A stretch of 47,953 nt of DNA from Hyphochytrium catenoides (GCA_900088475.1 FLMG01001208.1:1-47953), one strand, 5' to 3'; positions 1 to 12,957 are shown, counted from the first letter of the stretch. Made by a program: numbers and translations. The notes: a model not told the origin generated them from the sequence alone.

Positions 1-1459
1 GAGAGAGAGAGAGAAAGAGAGAAATAAGCTAACTGCTTCCTTGCGCGTCTGGCGTAAGAGGCGTTAGATTCGCCTTTCTGCGGCATATCTTCGGGTATCT
101 GGGCCAACAGACAACAAGCAACCCACTACATGCGGGGGCTAGGCGGCGGAGGATTGAGAGATTAGGACACAATGTGGGGCGGGTGGGGTGGAGGAGCTGC
201 TGCAATAGGGAGGAGGAGGACATAAGCTTGGTCGGTCTGTCTTCTCTCTTTCTTCTCCTTTCTTTCCTCATTATTTTCTTCCACTACGGAGGAGGATGAG
301 CTGGGGAAGGACGGCACTCTCCACTATTGGCGCAGGCTGAGGCAAACATCAAAAATTATTATGGCAAACCATATCTTCTTGAGCATTACATCGTTGCTGC
401 AGGAGGAGGATCTCTCACGACGACGACTCCTCCTTCTCTTTTGTTGTGGGCGGAGCCTCCTGCTGATGAGGTGAGCGAATAGTAGTAGAGAGGAGGAGGG
501 AGACTAACCCTACAGCTACTCCCACACTAATCAGGGACAACGCCATCAAACAAAGAAGCTATCATGCTTTCAGCGTGGAATGAACCGTCTCCAGGTGGCA
601 GTGGTCCAGCAAATAAGAAAGGACTCTCTAGCTCACACTACGACGGAAAGGATAAGAAGAAGGGTTATATCAAGATCAGGAAGAAGAAGAAGAAGAGAAG
701 AGAGGTGCACAACGTTGCTGCTGCTGCTGTTTGTTGGATGATGGAAGAAGACGCTGGTCAGTCTTCTTCTTTCTCTTCCCTTCACTGTTATTAGTACTGC
801 TACCATCATCATCTTTACTTAGAAGCAGATGATGATGGTGGTAACAACCCGAGCACAAAATTTAATAGTGCAGCTGCTGCTATTGACCCCAAACAACCAT
901 GCATCGGTCGTCTTCCTCTTATTCTACTATCTGGTAAATGATACGATGACAGCACTAGGAGAAGAAGAAACGAGGATCATCATGACGATACACTAAATGC
1001 TTCTTGTTGGCTGAAGAAAAAAGATATGTAGACAGCAGCAGCACGCAGCAGAGCAGCAGCACCAACAAGAAGAGGTGGTAGAAACGAAGAAGAGTAACAG
1101 ATGCTTCTGCCGTCATAGTTTAGGGTCTCAAGGCACCAACCGCTTCCAACCTAATAACATGATGTCTCTCATTCTTATCACTAAATAACAATCGCTCTAA
1201 ACTCTCCCTCTTCTTTCTCTTCTGCTGCTCGCGCCTAGTAGTCATGAGGACCCATCATCACCATGCTGACGACTGCGTGGGGCGCTAGAAGAGTAGTTGG
1301 AAGAAGAAGAAGAAGAAGGCTGAGAATCAGGAGTGATGTACTAATGACGATGACTTAGTAGGTAGGTTCCTAGAAGCTTCGAAGAACTTCTTCTTCGACT
1401 TGCTTCTTCTTGCTGAACACAGGGACGGAAGAAGAAGAATTGATGAATGAAGAACTAAA

Positions 1460-2057
1460 GATGATTATTCACTATTACTAAGAAGCTCAATAAGAATAGT
1501 CGTAAGAAGACTGCGGCAAGAAGAAATAATAAGGAGCGAGGCGGAGGAGGACTATCATCACTCATCAGCATCAAGCATGAAGAAGGACAACATAAAAAGA
1601 GGTCGTCGCTGGTGCTGCCGCATGTAATCTAATTAATTGGTGCACTGACAGCAGATGATTCACTGCTACTATTAAGATCCCCAACAACCATAAGAATAGT
1701 GAGTAAGAAAGACGCCAGGAAAGGAAAGGAGAACGGAGGAGGGAGGCGGAGGAGGACTATTATCATCAATTATCAGCATCAATCATGAAGAAGGATAACA
1801 AGAAGCCGCTGGTGCTGCCTCAAGGAAGTAATCAATTGGTGCACTGACAGCAGACGACGATTCACTTCTACTATGACCCCCGACAACAATAAGATTACTG
1901 AGTAAGAAAGACGGGGAAAAGGAAGGAGAAAAAAGGCGGCGGCGGCGGAGGACTATCATCAATCATCAGCATCAAGCATGAAGAAGGACAGCTAGCAAGA
2001 AGTCGCTGGTGGTGCTGCTGCCGCAAGAAGTCATCAACTGGTGCACTGATAGCAGAG
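1460..2057. repeat. Degenerate tandem repeat, ~200-bp unit, about 3 copies (starts near 1491, 1691, 1890)
   Basis: The blocks 'taaga(a/t)ta..gtaagaa', 'ggcgga(gga)ggactat', 'catgaagaagga', 'ggtgctgcc' and 'tggtgcactga' recur in the same order at ~200-bp spacing; a related 'ctattgaccccaaacaaccat' lies near 880-900. Confidence 0.85.
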
Positions 2058-2868
2058 CGAGAAGCATCGATCCTCCTGCCTGCCGCTGCTGCTGCTGATG
2101 ATGCTCTCTTATTGTGAATACGCTCATCATCGCTCCAACTTGATTCCGTCGTCCAGTGGTACAGGTCAGAAATCCAGTAGATTGATGGTGGTGATGATGT
2201 TTTTTGATGATGATGATTGATGAAGGCAAGAAGTATCTTTCTGTCCTATTGAAATTGATGGGGTACTGGAATTCTTAATATGACTTATGAAATCCTCCAT
2301 TTATGCTATTTTAGAGGTTATGATTTCGAATATAGTATGCCAAGAAGTCCAAACATAGACGTGTGTTCAAAACGAATTCATGAATCTTTCAGTTACATCT
2401 TTGGTTTGAAGTATATTAGAGCTGATTGTTCTACTAGCACTGTTGAAATATTGCCTTTCCTTGAAAGGAAAGCTCTGGAGTGTAGTTTTCATTTGGCGTA
2501 ATAATACAACGAAGTTGCGGAACCGAAGAATGAAGCTGGCCTTTGTGAGGCCTTCATAGTAATAGGCAGGCCGAAGGGGGCGCCTCTCTGCCGTTGTCTG
2601 GCGGCTTTAGCTTTGGATTTTCTGCTCTGCATTCTGCGCCTTCATCTGCTGATTTGGGATCTTCTGACCCGCAATAGATAGAGAAGATTTTGAAGACGTG
2701 TCAGCCGGACAAGTACTCAGATCGAGAGAGAGCTTATAGAACAATCCATAGCCGGTGAGTTGGCGTCTCCTTTCCCAAACGACAAGGGGCTGTGACGTAA
2801 GAGCTGATTTTAATCGTCCACCACAGTTGGCCCAGTTCTTTTGCAAAGAAGTTTGATAAAACGGAAAG

Positions 2869-3985
2869 ATGGCAAACGACCGCGAGATCCACGTCTTCAT
2901 GGCAAAGCTTGCTGAGCAAGCAGAGAGGTATGCGACGTGTCAAGTTCATTGACGTTTATCCTCTACTACCGAAATTTGCTCTCAATAGTGATACGCTAAC
3001 ATCACCACGCACCTCAGATACGATGAGATGGTGACCCATATGAAGGCTGTCGCATCCATGCCGCAGGAGCTCTCTGTAGAGGAACGTAACCTGCTCTCTG
3101 TCGCATACAAGAACGTTATCGGCTCTAGAAGAGCCTCTTGGCGCGTCATTAGCTCACTTGAACAGAAGGGTGAGCAGGAACGCCTTCAGCACATCCAGCA
3201 GTACAAAGCCAAGGTCGAGGCAGAGCTCGTCAACATTTGCGATGAGATTTTGAAGATTATCGAGAACGACCTTATTCCAAATTCTTCGTCACACGAAGGC
3301 AAAGTTTTCTACTTCAAGATGAAGGGAGACTATCACCGCTATCTAGCAGAGTTCCAGTCTGGGGCCCAAAGATCTGCATCCGCAGATGCTGCCCTGCAGT
3401 CTTACCAGTCCGCGTCTGACATTGCGAACGCAGAGCTTCCTCCAACTCATCCTATTCGGCTAGGACTTGCACTTAACTTCTCGGTGTTCTACTATGAGAT
3501 CATGAACTCTCCTGACCGCGCTTGCCATCTGGCCAAGCAGGCCTTTGATGATGCCATCGCGGAGCTGGACACTCTGTCAGAAGAGAGCTACAAGGACAGC
3601 ACTCTCATTATGCAGCTTCTTCGCGATAACCTCACGCTCTGGACCTCTGATCAAGGAGAAGGAGAGGAGGGTGGTAACGCTCCCACCGGACAGGTAAAAA
3701 GCCACCTTGCTTGAGACTCAACTAAGCCTAAACCTTCCTGTCCTTGTTGGCTCTGTATAAGTCTTCGTCGACCACTTACCTGCTTACCTTTGCATTCTCC
3801 CTATGGTGCATTCGTGCTCTTTCATACGATAGCATTTTCTCTGCTTGGGAAGTAGCTCCCCCGTTTTTAGATTGTTGACCTTTCTCTCTGATGAACTCGT
3901 CGGTATCCGGTGACTATCTAACAACCCGCGGTATCTTGTCTGACCACTTTATCTTGTCTGACCGTTCGTTTCTCCCTAGGCATGA
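2869..3985 (+). CDS. 14-3-3 protein; exons 2869-2927, 3018-3693 and probably 3980-3985 (otherwise reads through to a stop at 3714)
   Basis: Exon 1 [19 protein letters not shown] splices (AG|GTATGC...CTCAG|A, branch-like GCTAAC) in frame to RYDEMV...[22 protein letters not shown]...[22 protein letters not shown]...[22 protein letters not shown], which are canonical 14-3-3 motifs. CAG|GTAAAA at 3694 and CCCTAG|GCATGA at 3979 give a plausible final micro-exon. Confidence 0.97.
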
Positions 3986-4917
3986 GATCCAACCTAACTC
4001 TCCAGCTAGTTTATTGACGTAGCGATCAGAAATCGCTAGCTTTTTCTCCTTTCATTGCTGCTTCTTAATATAGCAAACAGAGTATATCACTTTTGTTTAC
4101 ATCGCTATGGTCCGTAGTCCCTCGTGAGCTTTCTATGTTTGTTGCTGGTATTTCATCAGTAGGGCTGATATCAATCACTTGGTCTTTGTTTGGCCCTCGT
4201 AGTCACCTTTGCCTCTTCTGAGCCTTGGATTTCATGCTCTAGCCATGGTTAAGACGATTCCTCCATCTACAAGGCTTGTTGTGGCGCCCTAGCGTGTAGC
4301 TCCGCAGCCTATCTTGAAGGTGGTTATCATGGCTCCAGTCCCAGGCTTGGACTTCCGCCGACATCTCACAGTTGACCGATGGACAGAGACGGTCAAAGAA
4401 CGCAAGAGAAAGCTTGGGAAACGCCGATAATCTTCGTTCCGCTGATGGACTGCCAGATCATCATCAGCGCGGGGTCTCATTGGTCAAGGCAATGAGACCT
4501 TCCAAGATTGTCGCTACAAGTAATGCGCCAATTGTAGGGAGCATGAGCGGCGTAAAGCTAACTATTGACCTTACAAGAAGATAAAAGTAGCCGATGTCAT
4601 AAATTGTCTAGCACTCCGAAACCCCCAAGCTTTGCAGTCCCATTCTCCAAATGCGACATTTTTGAAACAGACAAACGCTACATAACACAAAAGAAGGACG
4701 GACTAGCCGTTAACCGCTTGCAGGCGTTTGTTCTGATGAAAGTTTTTCCGTTGAAGATTCTGATCGCGCGAACCTTCGAAAATCTTCCGGAAGCTTATTA
4801 CTTAGAGACCCCGAAAAATCTGTTGAAGCTTCAGAGCGAGTGCAGGACGCATTGAAGAGGAGTCCGTGTACGTTCTGAAGCGCTTTCTCAGCAGTCTGGA
4901 CTGAAGAGTATAGCAGG

Positions 4918-7900
4918 ATGGCAAGCAAGGAGCAAGCCGCCAAGGCGGAGGAGGTCCCTGTTAGCGGGTACACCGCGATAGCAAGAGCGCTGAGGAGTCT
5001 GGTGAGGACGACGGACTATACACTCATTGCATTTCCCAGAGTACTGAAGGCTAGCCTCTGGTAGGGCATCCAAGTCATATTCGGAGTCCTAGGCATCCCT
5101 GTTACTGAGCTCGCCGAAGCTGCACAGAAAGAAGGCATCAGATTCATCAGCTTCAGGAATGAGCAGGCAGCTTCAATGGCAGCAGGGGCTGCCGGATACC
5201 TTACTGGCAAACCAGGTGTCTGCGTCACTGTTTCAGGTCCAGGTAAGCCGCTTCGCCTCCTCAGTCTTCCGCTGTCTGTCACGATATGTCTCTTACTCGC
5301 TGTCTGTCCTGTGGCTCTCTCTTTCTCTCGGTCGCTGGCATATGCTGTACAGGCTTCATGAATGGCCTGGCTGGTCTTTCCAACGCTACCATAAACTGCT
5401 TTCCAATGCTTCTCCTCTCTGGTGCAAGCGGTACCGACCATCAAGGCCGTGGTGCTTTCCAGGTATTCAGTTCTACGATACCATCTGCAGCCTAACCTCT
5501 AGAGTTTGCCTTTGTCACACTTAACGCATAGAGAAGAGCCGCGTTCTCCGCTTAAACTTCTTTTGCAAGTCTTGTGGCTCTGCTTTGTTGAGCCTCCTCG
5601 TCCTTGGTGTCTCTCTCTTGCCGATGCTACTGCTTGTATCTCTCCAACTAGTACTTCGGCTATATCGCCTCTATATATCGCTGAGTCCTTTCTCTTCCTT
5701 CTTCTACCGTGCATTGCTGCTTCTGCATGCTGTCATTTTGCTCTCTTCTTGCACTCCCTTATCCTTATTTGATGTTAGGAGTTAGACCAAGTCACGGTGG
5801 CTCGGCCGGTATGTAAGACAGCGCTTCGGGTAGAGAAGTTCTCAGACATCTTTGAGACGATCCGCAGAGGGGCTACGACGGCGCTTACAGGACCTCCAGG
5901 CGGAGTTTACATCGACTTGCCGAAGAGTGTGCTCCACGCAGTAGAGGGACTTGAAGCCCAGGTGCATGTGTCAAACACTTCCATTATCTCTTCTCTTGCC
6001 ATCTCCCTCTTCCCAACATCAGAGTAGCCTTTTGAATGGGGCAGAACTCTCATATTCCGGGGCTGTAACAAGTCTAGGATCAGAGCCTCTTTCTCTCCTT
6101 CATGGTATATTTTCTTTGGTCTCCCTTTCTCTTCTTTCTCTCCCTAGCTTGCTCTGAGCTAGTGAGTTTATGAGGAGCTTTTTCGTTAAACCTTTCCTTC
6201 CTCGATCAACTTCATGACAAATCCAGTCTCTCTCTCTCCTGTGTCTCCTGGACTTGCTCCCATACCAGCGGACTAATGCAATCCTGTTTCTCCTTTGTTC
6301 AAGCAGAACATCCAGCCTCGAATTCCTCTTCCGACTGCAGTACCTTCCTCTACTCTCATTGAAGAGACATTTCGCCTCATGAAGGCAGCCCAGAAGCCTT
6401 TGATTGTTATAGGGAAAGGAGCAGCTCTCGCTAGAGCAGAGGTATAATCAACATTGAAAGACAAGAGAAGGATTGCTGCTGGGCTTGGCACTTCACCATT
6501 GACGGACTGCTGAGAGAGAGAGAGAATTACAATTGACTTAGAGCCGGTAGAGCCAGGCCTGATAGTTTTTCCTCGTCCTCCCTACATTTTGACTGTTTTT
6601 GCCTTGGAAATGTTGCAGTGGTCTAGTTGCACTTAGTGTCTCTCCCTGTCCTATCTAATGTCGCTTCCCAGGAAGAGATAGACGAGTACGTCGCGAGAAC
6701 GGAGTCCTTGTTCCTTCCCACGCCGATGGGGAAAGGTCTTCTTCCTGACGAACACAAGCTCTCTGCCACAGCAGCTCGCTCTCGAGTCTTAAGAGTAAGT
6801 CTGTTAGGCTTCTCTGGCGCTAAGTGCCGGGTCAGCTTCTGCTCTCTCCCCCAACTCCATTCTTGACCGATTTATCCCCTGCGTTCTTCAACGAAACGCT
6901 TAGAGCCTTCTTTATGGCAGTGTTATAATGCCACATGACGTGTATGCTTCCTTTCTTTGTTCTTCCTCTTAGTTTCGTGGCACTGTCTCTCCTGTCATGC
7001 TCAGTTCCGTCTCTTTGGCTGTTGGTGCTTCCGCTTCATCTGTGTAGGAAGCGGACTTTGTCCTCGTGGTTGGCGCTCGGCTCAATTGGATCTTACATTA
7101 TGGAGAAGCGCCGAAGTGGTCATCAAACTCCGTCATTGTGCAGCTGGACAGCAACCCAGAGGAGCTACTGAAGAGCCCTAGGGTGACTGTCCCACTGTTG
7201 GGAGATGCCAGATTGACGCTGAAGCTCCTTAACGAGAAGATTAAGGCTGAAGGTAGGACGGCTGTCTACAGGGCGGGCGGTGCCGTGAAATTGCTCTCTC
7301 TTCACGTTTCTGACCTCTGTCTGCCCCCCTTTTACTGATCCTAGTACAGCTCTATCCCTACTCTAAAGCTGCGTTTCATTGGCTTCCTTCCCCTTCTAGC
7401 GCTCCTTTTCTTCCATGCTTCTCGATTAAAGTGCTCCCCTGGCTGCCGTCCACTCAGGCTTCAAGTTCCCTTCAGAGTGGAGATCTTCAGTCCTTGAAGA
7501 TGCAGCGAAAAATGCTGACAAACTGGAAAAGAAGCTAATCTCTGCCTCTATGGAGCCATTGGACTACCATGCAGCCCTAAGGATTGTTCGAGACAGCATC
7601 AGGCGCTCCGGACTTAATCCAGTCATTGTCACAGAAGGAGCCAACACGATGGACTTTACCAGGCTAATAGTCCCTGGAAATACGCCAAGGAGTAGGCTGG
7701 ACGCTGGTACGTCAAACTTATCCTCTTCTCAAGCTTTCTTTTTATCTGTCTTCTCGGCCCTACTGATGATGCCTTACCTGATCTCTTCCAGTGGACTCTT
7801 GGTCTCTCTTCCATCGCCTGCCACACCTCCTTGCCTCGCTTTCCTCGTCTGCTATTTCACTAAATGATCCCAATCTCTAAACGCGCTTTTCTACACCTTT

Positions 7901-8522
7901 CAAGGTCAATCCTTCACCTTCTTCCTTGCACCTGTGCCCAAATACGGCCTCTGAGTTGCTTCTTTTTTTTTTCAAGAAAGGGCAGTGCAATAACTCTATT
8001 GCCTGCTGTGTGTCCTCCAGTTAACGCTCATCTTGTCTTTTTATTTGACTATAGGCACCTGGGGCACCATGGGAGTTGGTCTCGGCTATGCTATTGCTGC
8101 AGCTTGCACCCAGAACCAGCCTGTCATCGCCATAGAGGGAGACTCAGCCTTTGGCTTCTCCGGTGAGCGGCCGTACTCTGCCCATCGCGTCACATCAGTC
8201 TTTAATCTCGTCTTATCCTTTCCCATTGAGCTGCGTCGCTTGTCGGTGCTGTCTTCTCCAGCTGCTCTCCAGTTCTATATTTCCATTTTCTTGTCATCAC
8301 TGACTCTTTGATTGACCCTTCCATTGTGCTGCCAGGGATGGAAGTGGAGACAATGGTCCGATACAAGCTGAATGTGATTATCTTAGTCTTTAACAATGGC
8401 GGCATATACGGAGGAAACGGAGCCTCACACTATCCTGGAGATCCAGCCAGCACCAGCTTTGTACCTGGCGCGCGGTGAGCTGAATAACATGGATGGGACA
8501 TGGGGTCCCGGACCTTCTTCTC

Positions 8523-8553
<31 letters not shown>

Positions 8554-9154
8554 CTTTCTCTTTCTCTCTCTTTCTCACACATAAAGAGAGCGCCATGTTC
8601 TGACGCGTAGTCCTTCATCCCCGCTTTCCCTCTCTCTCTCTCTCTATGTATATGCATATATCCATCTATCTACCTATCTAATTATGCGGTGTGTCCCCGT
8701 CGCTCACTCTATTTCTTTGTCGCTTCTCTCTCTGTCTCCCCTTTTCCTCCTCTTTCCCAGTGCTCAATGTGGTGATACTTGTGCTAGTTCTCTCAAGTCT
8801 CCTCTCCTCGGTCTGCTAAGTCAATTTGCGCTTGAGATGGGTACAAATGTCCTTGTCTTGCCTCTCTCTCTCTCTCTCTCTCTCTCGTTCGTTCATAGCG
8901 TACAACCCTTGACCTCTTTCTTTCCGTTGTTCATCAGGTATGACAAAATGATGGAATCTATGGGCGGACATGGGTACAACGCCACGGATGGAGAATCCCT
9001 GTCAGAGATTTTGAACTCTCTCTTTCTTTCCTCTCTCTTGGAGGGCGCTAATGCGAAGGAGAGACCTGTGCTCGTGAATGTGGTCATTGACCCCAATGCA
9101 GGCAGCGAGAGCGGCTCTATGCAAGGACATAACTTTGCAAAGAAGTCTCATTAA
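4918..9154 (+). CDS. HACL1: ThDP-dependent 2-hydroxyacyl-CoA lyase / oxalyl-CoA decarboxylase family enzyme, ~576 aa, 11 exons (4918-5001, 5065-5242, 5353-5462, 5779-5961, 6307-6441, 6672-6794, 7048-7252, 7458-7706, 8055-8162, 8336-8474, 8938-9154)
   Basis: Spliced frames give [92 protein letters not shown], the ThDP motif [15 protein letters not shown]...NNGGIY, PAPTSF and DPNAGSESG. All ten introns are GT-AG and phase-consistent; the exons total 1731 nt. HACL versus OXC activity cannot be resolved from sequence. Confidence 0.93.
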
Positions 9155-9253
9155 CACGCTAATGTGTCCATTCTTGGTAGTCTTTTCTCTCTTCCCTCTC
9201 TCGCTCTGTAGCAGAGTCTTTCTCCACTTTTTTTGTCTCTATCCTGCACTTGG

Positions 9254-9300
<47 letters not shown>

Positions 9301-9869
9301 CCCACGGGTCTGCCCTGGTGCTGGGTATTGTTATCCTCTTATGAGGCGACCATTTCTCCTCCCCCTTCTGGTCAGCTCAGCAGCTGCCGGAGCCCCCAAG
9401 AACGCGGGAGTGCAGGAGAGAGAAGGGAAGAGAACCCTCGAAAGAGAGATTGGAGACGATAGACTTGCGACGCCTTTCTGCAATTGATCTCAGAAGAAGA
9501 CTTGGAAGGACTAGATGGCTTTGCTTAGCTGCAGCTGCTCGTAAGAAAAGCAGTGGTAGCACTACTCTGGCTTTTCTCTCTTCTCGCGTTTACCTGGGAG
9601 AGAGAGCCTGCCCTCAATGTGTCTGTGAGGGAAGAGAGAGAGAGAAAGAAGCAGGAAAGAAGAGCTAGCTATCCCACGTCTCTTCGAACGACCAAGAGCT
9701 ATGTCTCTCTACCATCTCCTTCAGCGCAAATCCCGTCAACCGTGCAGGGTTGAAAGAAAGAATGTGCCAAAAGAGAGAGAGAGAGGAAGAGAGAGAGAGT
9801 CTCACAGCCGTTCCACTTCTATTTCTATCCCAAAAGTTTTTCGCTCCTTGAATGTCTCTCTCTTCTCCC

Positions 9870-11597
9870 TCAGAAGAGGAAGAAGCTTGGCGGGCACGTC
9901 CATTCTTTTGACGTCTCAGGTTCAATGCGATTGTATCGGATATTGACCATCTCTATCTTTGGACAGCAGCGTCTCTCCGCCGTGAAAGCTTTCCACAGCG
10001 CCTCCCCTCCCCTGTTTCCTATGTGATTATGCTGCAGACGAAGCTCCAAGAGAGAAGAGAGAGAGCCACGGAGCACCTCATGTGAGAGAGAGAGAGCTCC
10101 TTCGTCTTCTACTGAGTTCCCTTCTAAGTTCAGTCTTTGTAGGCTTCTATATCCAGAGCGGAAGGCGCTGCAGAGCTCTTTTACTCCCCAAGCAGAGATA
10201 CAATTTCTGGGGAGAGAGAGAGAGACAATGGTCTTCCCATTGCCCTCTCCTAGTGCTTTGGCCAGTACGGAGAGACCGCGTGAGGTGAGACAACAGCGAG
10301 AGAGAGAGAGACATTGTAGACGCGGACAATGTCCCGCTCTCAGGTACTGAGAGAGAAGCTGGGCTCCTTCGTCTCCTATCTCTTCCCCATGTAGAGTGCG
10401 AACGGCATAGCACCGAGCAAGGTCCACGTTAAAGGCGAGAGACTTACCTTTTCTCTCTCTCTCTTCTCTTTCCTGCTCTCTTTTCTCTTCTTTTCGTGTC
10501 TCTCCCTTTGTCCACCCTTCTTCGAACTCTTTCCCTCTTTCTTGGGCTACATCTCTTTCTCTCTCTCCTATCTCTATCGCTTTCTCTTGGAGCCTCACCG
10601 TCACCACTTCTGCCCTGAAGGCAGACTCCTCGTGCTGGGAGAGAGAGAGAGGGGAACATGAGGCCATGGCGGCACGGGAAGAGACAGGAGAGAAACAGAG
10701 ATTGGATAAAGAGACTTTCTTTTCACTTGCGGTTCTCTCTCTTGTTGGAAGCAGAGCACGAGGAATAGCACCAGAGGGCGAGGAAGGGCCAATTGTCCCT
10801 GCTCGAAGGAGAAGAAGTCTAACACGGGCATCTTCCTCTTTCTCTTCCCTCTCTTTTCTCGCTTCTCTTTCTGCTCTCTCCGCTGCTGCCGTCGCTTCTT
10901 CCGCTTTCCTTTTCTCCTCTGTCCGTCGCAGTGCTTCCTGCCTCTCCTCCTCGGCTTCTCTCTTCCGCCTGTCCCACTTTTCTAGGGCATTTAGCCTCAA
11001 GAGAGAGAGTTTGTGCTGCTCCCGCTTGAGGTCTTCTATCTGCGAAGCGATGAGCGCTTTTCTCTCCTCTCTCAGTAGCTCGTCAGCCCTCTTTCTGTCT
11101 GCCTGAAAGTTCAAAGAACGCTGGGCTCTTGCTACTCTTTCTGCCACGGACTCTGCTTCTCTCTTTTCTCTCTCCCGTTTCCGTAGTCTCTCTTCTTCCT
11201 GACGTCTTACGTGATATGCTTCTTTCCATTTTACTACGGGATCCTGTGGACGGAGGACCGGTCACAGAGAGAAGACGGAAAGAGAAAGAGAGAGAGGGAG
11301 AGAGAAAGAGAGAAAGAGAGAGAGGGAGAGAGAAAGAGAGAAAGAGAGAGAGGGAGAGAGAAAGAGAGAGAGGGAAGAGAGAGAGAAGTTTAGGGGGCGG
11401 AAGAAAGAGAAAAAATAAGACAGAGAGAGAAAAGACAGGTGATAGTGTACGAAGGCTAAGGGAGAGAGAGAAAGGATTATGGAATAAAGGATAAAATGAT
11501 GGGTATCCCAAAGACGAGGACGTACCTTTGCTCTCTCTTCTCTCTCTTCCTTAGTGCCATAGCGAGCTAACAAGAGCTTATCGATGACAAGGTCCAT
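9870..11597 (-). CDS. Coiled-coil plus ribonuclease-inhibitor-type leucine-rich repeat protein; exons 11597-11526 and 11243-9870
   Basis: C-terminal repeats IGDEGAQLLSQYL, LQCLSLSRCCLTSRGLSVLAKAL, LSLPRNCISAWGVKEL, LQRLNLEGNSVEDEGALSL and LELRLQHNHIGNRGGEAL match RI/NLRC3-type LRRs; the N-terminus is E/R/K-rich. The upstream exon MDLVIDKLL...ERAK splices at phase 0 (AAG|GTACGT...CCACAG|GAT). Additional internal introns are possible. Confidence 0.8.
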
Positions 11598-12265
11598 TAT
11601 CTATCTTGGTAGCTGTGGATTGGAAAGTCTCTCCCTCCCTCTCCTCGTTAGCTTTCCTCTTTCTCTCTCTGCTGCTCTGTTTCTGTCATTCCTCTCTCTC
11701 TTGTTCTCTGCTACATCTTCCTGTTTGTCCTTCCCCTCCCGTGTCCCCTTTCTCTCGTTCTCGTCCTCTCTTTCTCTCTGCCGCTCTCTTTCCTCTCTCT
11801 ATCTCTGTCTCTCTCTCTCTTTTTTCTTTCTCTCTCACAGCGTGAGAGGCTGCTAAAATGAGGAGAGAGGAAGAAAGTGAAAGGCTGTTGTCTTAGCATC
11901 GACCGAGTAAGAAGCTTGTGTGCTGTCTCTGGACATCGGAGGGTTCAGAACGGGCTATAATATGTCCGAAAGAAGAGAGCAGACCGAGAGGAAGAGAGAA
12001 AGGGAGCTTAGCCTCCTTCCTCCTCTTTCCATTGCCTTGTTTTGACTCTTGTCTTGCCACTCCTGTTTTTTTTTTTTCCATTTCTTCTCCTCGTGCCTCT
12101 CTCTCTTCTTCGCTCGCCATGTCTTCTAGCTCTTTGTTCCTCTCTCACACTTCCCCTCCTTTTTGTTCCTTTTCTTCTCTGTAGCTCTCCCTCTTCTCTC
12201 TCTACATTTCTTTCTGCCTCCTTGGCCTTCGTTCCTCTCTTTTGCTCTCTTTTTTTCCTTCCATC

Positions 12266-12327
<62 letters not shown>

Positions 12328-12422
12328 CTTTTCTCTCTCTCTCTTTCCCATGCTTCGCCTTCCCTCTCTCTCTTCCGCGTCTCTCTCAATCCATCATTAG
12401 CCACGGCTGTGGACCCTGTAGT

Positions 12423-12771
12423 NNNNNNNNNNNNNNNNNNNNNNNNNNNNNNNNNNNNNNNNNNNNNNNNNNNNNNNNNNNNNNNNNNNNNNNNNNNNNN
12501 NNNNNNNNNNNNNNNNNNNNNNNNNNNNNNNNNNNNNNNNNNNNNNNNNNNNNNNNNNNNNNNNNNNNNNNNNNNNNNNNNNNNNNNNNNNNNNNNNNNN
12601 NNNNNNNNNNNNNNNNNNNNNNNNNNNNNNNNNNNNNNNNNNNNNNNNNNNNNNNNNNNNNNNNNNNNNNNNNNNNNNNNNNNNNNNNNNNNNNNNNNNN
12701 NNNNNNNNNNNNNNNNNNNNNNNNNNNNNNNNNNNNNNNNNNNNNNNNNNNNNNNNNNNNNNNNNNNNNNN
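12423..12771. other. Assembly gap (N run)
   Basis: Run of N bases. Confidence 1.
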
Positions 12772-12884
12772 GGAACAACACAGTAGTTCGAAGCAACAGA
12801 CTACCGTTTTAGCTCCTCCATTGTCTCTCTCTGATGATGTCCAGCATAGGACCGTTCTTGCCGTTAGCAGTAGATCCGTTACGT

Positions 12885-12919
<35 letters not shown>

Positions 12920-12957
12920 NNNNNNNNNNNNNNNNNNNNNNNNNNNNNNNNNNNNNN
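12920..12957. other. Assembly gap (N run) next to a (CT)n microsatellite
   Basis: Run of N bases directly after (ct)n. Confidence 1.

Noticed and set aside
4772-4800. Heat-shock-element-like TTC/GAA array upstream of the HACL gene
   Set aside because: It is an imperfect match of a kind that is frequent by chance in this gaa/ttc-rich sequence.
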